Notes under the pieces: model-generated
What the model saw: only the letters and a program-made list of their open reading frames with translations
What the model was told of the DNA's origin: nothing
Database searches by the model: none
Assembly (NCBI RefSeq): GCF_001194135.2
Contig: NC_068983.1
Coordinates: forward strand, 112,205,689-112,266,138
Length of the DNA: 60,450 nucleotides
Direction: 5' to 3'
Source: Octopus bimaculoides
Lineage: Eukaryota
Position numbers and translations under genes: made by a program
Shown here: in pieces, positions 54,205-60,450 of the stretch
How positions within the stretch are numbered: the stretch's first letter is position 1
How the letters are laid out: each line of letters begins with the position of its first letter

Positions 54205-54545
54205 CTGTTGTAGCGATGAAACTGGCACACTGTTCATTACAGCAACAAGGGTTCCAGTTGATTCAATCAATGAATCTGCCGCTCATGAAATGTGCAAGTG
54301 ACTGAGCACTTCACTGACATGTGTACCCTTGATGTAGTTCTGAGAGAGATTCAGCATGACACAGAGTGACAAGGCTGCCCCTTTGAAATGCAGGTACAAC
54401 TCTTTTTTTCCCAGCTGAGTTAACTGGAACAACATGAAATAAAGTGTCTTACTCCAGGACACAACATGTCAATGGGAATTGAACTCAGGACCTTATGATT
54501 GTAAGCCAAATACCGTAACCACTAAGCCATAGGCCTTCACTGTAG
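54205..54545 (-). mobile_element. tRNA-derived SINE with a different head and body but a family-A 3' tail
   Basis: Head tggcttagtggtta..gagttcaattccc. The 3' half aligns to the family A tail, which also occurs at 1775-1895 on +. Confidence 0.7.
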
Positions 54546-55232
54546 AGATCAGCTGTTTGGAAAATTTGTGTTTTATCATAAGCTGGGAAAGATGGTCATC
54601 TATGGAGAACTAATGAGAAATTTATAACTCTCATATCAAGGCTATAGATATTTATTTGTACCTATTATTATGGTTGGACTCCACTGTGTAGCAACAGATT
54701 CAAATAAAAGTTTACAAATGCTAGGATTACTGTGAAAATTTGTAAAACATTCCAGAGAGTCTACCTATGGTGCACACAACCACATGTACATACGGAACAT
54801 AAATACACACACATATACACATCACACACACATGAACACACACACCACACACACAAACTGAAAATCAGGCATGTTTATATACTGAAGAAGCATACATACC
54901 CACTACATTAGTGCAAGTTTATCCACACATGCACATACATCTATACCAAAACTAATTCACACATCAAACCTCAGGAGCTGTCTTGACTTAAACAAAATAA
55001 TTTATCACTTTATCAACTGGCTTAGTTTTCCAAAGGCTTGAATACAAAGTATGTTACGCAAAAGCAAAAAGAAAATGAGAGCACATTTCCCGGAATCAAA
55101 GGACAGAGGACGGTGACTCTGTTTGAAGATACAATACTGCAGCTTTTTATAACTCAAGCAACGCTTCTCAAACACTTGAAAATACAAATTTACAAGAATT
55201 TACTCAACTTTCTTTAGTGCTACCACCCTTGC

Positions 55233-55435
55233 TTTACTCTTTTACTTGTTTCAGTCATTTGACTGTGGCCATGCTGGAGCACCACCTTTAGTCAAGCAGA
55301 TCGACCCCAGGACTTATTATTTGGAAGCCTAGTACTTATTCTATCGGTCTCTTTTGTCGAACGGCTAAGTTACGGGGACGTAAACACACCAGCATCGGTT
55401 GTCAAGCGATGTTGGGGGGACAAACACAGACACAC

Positions 55436-55470
<35 letters not shown>

Positions 55471-55637
55471 CATATATACGACGGGCTTCTTTCAGTTTCC
55501 GTCTACCAAATCCACTCACAAGGCTGTGGTCAGCCCGAGGCTATAGTAGAAGACACTTGGCCAAGATGCCACGCAGTGGGACTGAACCCGGAACCATGTG
55601 GTTGGTAAGCAAGCTACTTACCACACAGCCACTCCTG
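55233..55637 (-). mobile_element. Full-length tRNA-derived SINE (family B) with internal (CA)/(TA) microsatellite
   Basis: Head caggagtggctgtgtggtaag..ggttcagtccc; tail gcatggccacagtcaaatgactgaaacaagtaaaagagtaaa. Related minus-strand copies at ~19650-19937, 21200-21597, 22105-22335, 26140-26489 and 13214-13274. Confidence 0.9.
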
Positions 55638-56695
55638 ATATATTCATATATCACATAACCATGTTAGCTAAAATATTATTTCTATCTTATGTATTGTGTA
55701 ATGACCTACATATCATATACATGTTTGCAAATATGATTTTCAGTATAATTAATTGGTTTGTTCTTATGTGAAATATAACTATTGAAAATAATAAATTAAT
55801 AGAAATGTATATCACTTACTGTGTGGTTATTTTGTTACTATAATTGATGAAAGTCAAGCCTGTTACTACATATATCATTACTCAAGCTGCTTGTAAATCA
55901 TATTTGGATTTATTCCCACGTATGTGCCATTCGGAGATACCAGCAATAATTCTTAAACCATTTTACAAATAGTCATGGATAGACTATTCAATTTGATCAA
56001 GTTTGGTTCAGATATGTGATGTTGATAAGACACAAAAATGACAAAACATCAATGTCTATCATTCCTGAATGGAACTTGACATAAGTTGTCTCACCTGCCT
56101 ATGACTAACTTTCAGGTGTTTTAACATCTAACACTTTAAGAGAGTCATCTCCAATGCCTCAAATCATAGCTGACCAACAAACTAGCAAAGCAAATACATT
56201 GTGTTTGTGAATTTGATATATCATTATGTTTCTGTACTGCCTGAAATATTTCTTGTCTTTTGAGCCTTTTCTTTTTGAGTTTTGTCCCTCCTGTTTACCA
56301 TTGACCACTCCACTACCTTTCTTCAATACTGACTACCTTCATCTATTTATTACTGACTGCCTCCATTTTATCTATTATTCATTCTCTTTCCACATGACAC
56401 ATACACTCATACAACTCTTATATATGTTCCCTGAGCCTTCTGTCACCACTTTCTATTCATCCCCTTCAACAAAATGCCAGAACATGTGCTCAACGCCTTA
56501 AGGTGTATGCTCTGACTCTTTGTCATTATCGTTTTTATCCCTTTTTCTTGCACCACTTTATACACCCTCACTCACTCATGTTTCAAAGGGGATAGGCCTG
56601 AAACTCCTCTTACTCAACCCACCCCGTTATCCTCCTTATCACTCTTCAACTCTCTCTTTTCTTCTCTCTCACACACACAGACATATGTGTGTGTG

Positions 56696-56761
<66 letters not shown>

Positions 56762-58160
56762 TGAAAAACACAACCACAGTTATATATCTGTAAATAATGA
56801 AGATATAGGATAAGTGATTGTAAAAGCTGAATACACCACAAAGACAAATGGAAAAAATTAGACAAGTGTCCAATGTCCAATTGCCAAAATAAAATGGGGA
56901 CTTGGAGGTGGAAAATAAAGGGCAAATAAAAAAAATTAATCATATATACATGGACTCATTTAAGTATACATATCTATATTCTCACACTTAAACATACATA
57001 TATACATTGAAACATATACAAGTTTACATATGAACATATCTATATGCATATAACACTCATAAAATTATATACAGTTATGGACATGTGCACACACCAAAAT
57101 AACTGCATAAACACAGATATGCATAAAAAAAAGATATATAGACACACATTCACATAATCATATTCATGGATATATATGTATGAGCATAAAAGCATACTTA
57201 AATACAAAGTATGTTAACTTAAACAAGCATATATATATGCACAATGATCCAAACTAAAATGATGTTCAAGTGTTAAAACTGGCTTAAATCTATAAAGGAA
57301 ATTAATAAATCACATTATTGTATGTATATTAATATTATAGTTTTCAATGATTACTGGCTATTTAATGAAAAACAGGGAGCTATATTATTGTCTTAACACT
57401 TGATATATTTAATGAAAAGGAAGGAGTTCAAATGAAGACATTTCACAATTATTAATATATTTGTGAAGTTAAGTGATAAACATTTGTTAGCCTTAATTTC
57501 TAAAACTTTGCCCATATAAAACTGGTACATCTTTCTAGTGCCTTGGTAAGAATTTTCAGATTTCAATATGAAGAATTCCAAGTCACAGGGAATTTTTTTG
57601 ACTTTCAAATAAAAGATATCTTCAGTAGGAGAGCCAAAGTTCATTAGATATTCAATGGTAATGTCTTGTCATATCTTTGTTTGATATTAGAAGTGGGACC
57701 AATGTAGAATTTAGAAGAATTATAGGTTTTAAAAGTACATTCATGAATTACATTACTATATTTCTGTGACCTTTGAGAAGGAAATTTTTCTTTCACAAAA
57801 CAACTGCATGCATTTTTATCAGAATTCGGCAAAGAAGAATTCCTAGAGACAAGTAGAATATTGCTTTCAAATTTTGGCATAAAGCCAGCATGTTCATGGA
57901 AGTGGGTAAGTCGATTACAACGACCCCAGTGTTCAGCTGGTACTTCTTTTATCAACCCTGGAAGGATGAAAGGCAAAGTCAACCTTGGAGAAATTTGAAC
58001 TTAGACCGTAAAAACAGACGAAATACTGCTAAGCATTTTGCCTGGCATGCTAATGATTCTGCTAGCTCACCACATTGAGGCAGGTAGAATATTGCTAGCA
58101 TTTATGTTTCAAGAAATTCTGTTATTATTCTCTTCTTCATCCTTATTACTCTGTAACTAG

Positions 58161-59063
58161 TACGAGGTAGTATCAAAAAGTTCTCAAACTAGTTCTGTAG
58201 CACACCAACAAATGACAGCAGATGATTAAGCTTCTTTATGAAGCAGTACGATGAGTGACATCATTGTGTTTACTTCATAAGTTGTGAAGTTTGTGTTTTT
58301 GTGATCATGTGTCTGCTGTAGTCTGTGATCTTGTCATGGACAGGAACAAAGAGGCAACGGGAAATTTTGCGTTTAACTTGGGAAGTCTGCTACAGAGACA
58401 TTGAGCATGCCTTGGCAAGATTATGGCAATGAGGCAATGTTTTGAGTGGCACAATGTTTTGAGTGGCATGGGAGCTTCAAAAGCAGATGAGCATCCCCGG
58501 AAGATGATGCGCAATCTGGAAGACTTGCCATGAGTGCCACTCCTAGAAATGTGGTGTTATACACTGAGAATTCATCCCTCATGGCCAGAAAATCAATCAA
58601 GAGTTCTACTGCAACGTTTTGAAGTGTTTGAGGGAGGACATTCTGTGAAAGCAACAGGATCTGTGGAGTGTGAAGAACTGGATTCTTTGTGACGACAAAG
58701 CACCCTGTCACTGAGCTCTCCTCATTCACAAGTTTCTCACCAAAAACAACATATCACTTCTGTACCCACCCTATTCACCGGAATTAGCTCCTGTGGACTT
58801 CCATCCCTTCCCCAAAATGAAAATGCATCTCAGAGATCGTTGTTTTAACACTGTTGTCAAGATCCAGATCAAACTGTAGAAGGTCCTTGACTCATTTATG
58901 GCAAGCGATTACCAGGATGGATTCAAAAAATGGTAGAAATACTGTGACTGGTGTATCACTGCATAAGGTAACTATTTCGAAGGAGATGATATTAAAACTT
59001 AGGTAACTAAGTTATTTCTTACTAAGCAAAACTAGTCAAGGAACATTTTGATACCACATTATA
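58161..59063 (+). mobile_element. Internally deleted mariner transposon
   Basis: Imperfect TIRs TACGAGGTAGTATCAAAAAGTTC versus right end reverse-complement TATAATGTGGTATCAAAATGTTC (18/23), TA at both ends. Internal PPYSPELAPVDFHPFPKMK matches the mariner YSPDLAP motif. Confidence 0.85.
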
Positions 59064-60450
59064 CAAGAATCAACCAGGTTGCATTCATCATTTTGATAGT
59101 TTGTCTTTCTGCTATCGATATTGTTAATACTAGTATTATTGCACACTTTGTTACAACCATTTTTAAGTGATGAGCTGACAGAAGTGTTACCACACCAGAC
59201 AATGCTTAGTAGCATTTCTGCTGGCTTTATATGTTCTGAGTTCAAATACTGCAAAAGGTGACTTTACCTTTCATGTTTGCAAGGTTAATAAAATAAGTAC
59301 CACTTGAGCATTTGGATTGATATAATCAGCCCCTCCTCTCCTCAAAATTATTGAACTTGAGCCTATATTTGAAACCATTATTATTGTTATTATCTTTATC
59401 AGCACAATAAGTATTGTAGCTATTATTTATAGTATTATTATTGTTAGTGTGAAGGTGATGAACTGGCAGAACTGTTAGCTAGCTAGACAAAATGTTTAGC
59501 AGCATTTCCTCTGTCTTCACATTCTGAAGTCAACTTCTAGCAAAGTCAACATTGCCTTTCATCTTTTTGGAATTGATAAAATAAAGACAAATGAAGTACT
59601 GGAGTGGATGTGGTCAACTTCCCCACTCCCTCAAAAACTGCTGGCCCTGTACCAAAATTTCAAACCTTTATTACTGTTTGTGCTGTTATTTATTAATATG
59701 ACAGCTCACACCTCTTTATAACAGGCATGGCTATAATTGATAATTTAACAACTAATATATTCAAAGGGACAATTATTAAATCTTTAAGTTTTGGTCTGTT
59801 TAGAACTGATGTAATACTTGTTTCATCTAGAGCAATCTGCAGTTGCTATAACTGCTACACCTAAATTAGGTGTAGCAGTAGAAGAAAGTTTAATGGTAGC
59901 CTTTAATATTTGGTAGAAAATGGAATGGAAAATTTCCCTTAACAATTTTAAGGAATAAGTCTGCAATTTTCATTTTGACAGATCTTGCAAATGGCAAGAT
60001 ATAGTCGATAATATTCCATTTCCTATTTCATCATGATAATTTGGGATAAATATAGTTTTATATAAATTTAATTTGCATTAATTTATATTAATTACCTATG
60101 TATATCAATTAAGCAGTAATGGAATTAATGATAAGTATGTATGTAGGAAAATCTTTTGCATACAGATGATATATATATATTTGCATATGTATATATCATG
60201 TGTATGTAAAAAAGTTTTCCACTGTACACACACACACCATTAGCTCCATAATTGCATAATTAATATAAACTAAGGCAAATTAAATTAATTCAAAGCAATA
60301 TATATACAATGTATACATTTATATATATATATATATATATACATACACACACACACACACATACATGCATAGATATTTAAGTGTATATATTTGTATATGT
60401 ATGTGTGCATGTATATTCTTATATATATATAATGTATGTACATATATATA

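Noticed and set aside
52457-60450. Next upstream GC exon (expected FSDIVGFT...YDVYK)
   Set aside because: Not found by eye; it probably lies beyond the window.

Overview
AT-rich, microsatellite- and transposon-dense eukaryotic DNA with seven assembly gaps. The repeat landscape resembles octopus (inference, not verifiable here). The only host gene is the 3' part of a class III guanylyl cyclase on the minus strand, most similar to membrane/retinal-type GCs. Five exons splice in frame with GT-AG introns of 5-12.6 kb: join(52282..52456, 39607..39705, 34481..34572, 23042..23121, 13411..14428). They encode 487 aa: the second half of the catalytic domain plus a ~350-aa low-complexity tail. I found no upstream exon in 52.5-60.4 kb. 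The rest is decayed non-LTR retrotransposons (RTE, R4/Dong, Hero, CR1-like), at least three tRNA-derived SINE families, mariner/Tc1 and MITE remnants, and simple repeats. The most unusual signal is a set of long fold-back palindromes. Several carry outward-facing minimal hammerhead-ribozyme-like motifs (Penelope-like), and one is centred on a tRNA-like head. Most other ORFs in the track are microsatellite or gap artefacts. Repeat boundaries are approximate unless a target-site duplication (TSD) or terminal inverted repeat (TIR) is given.
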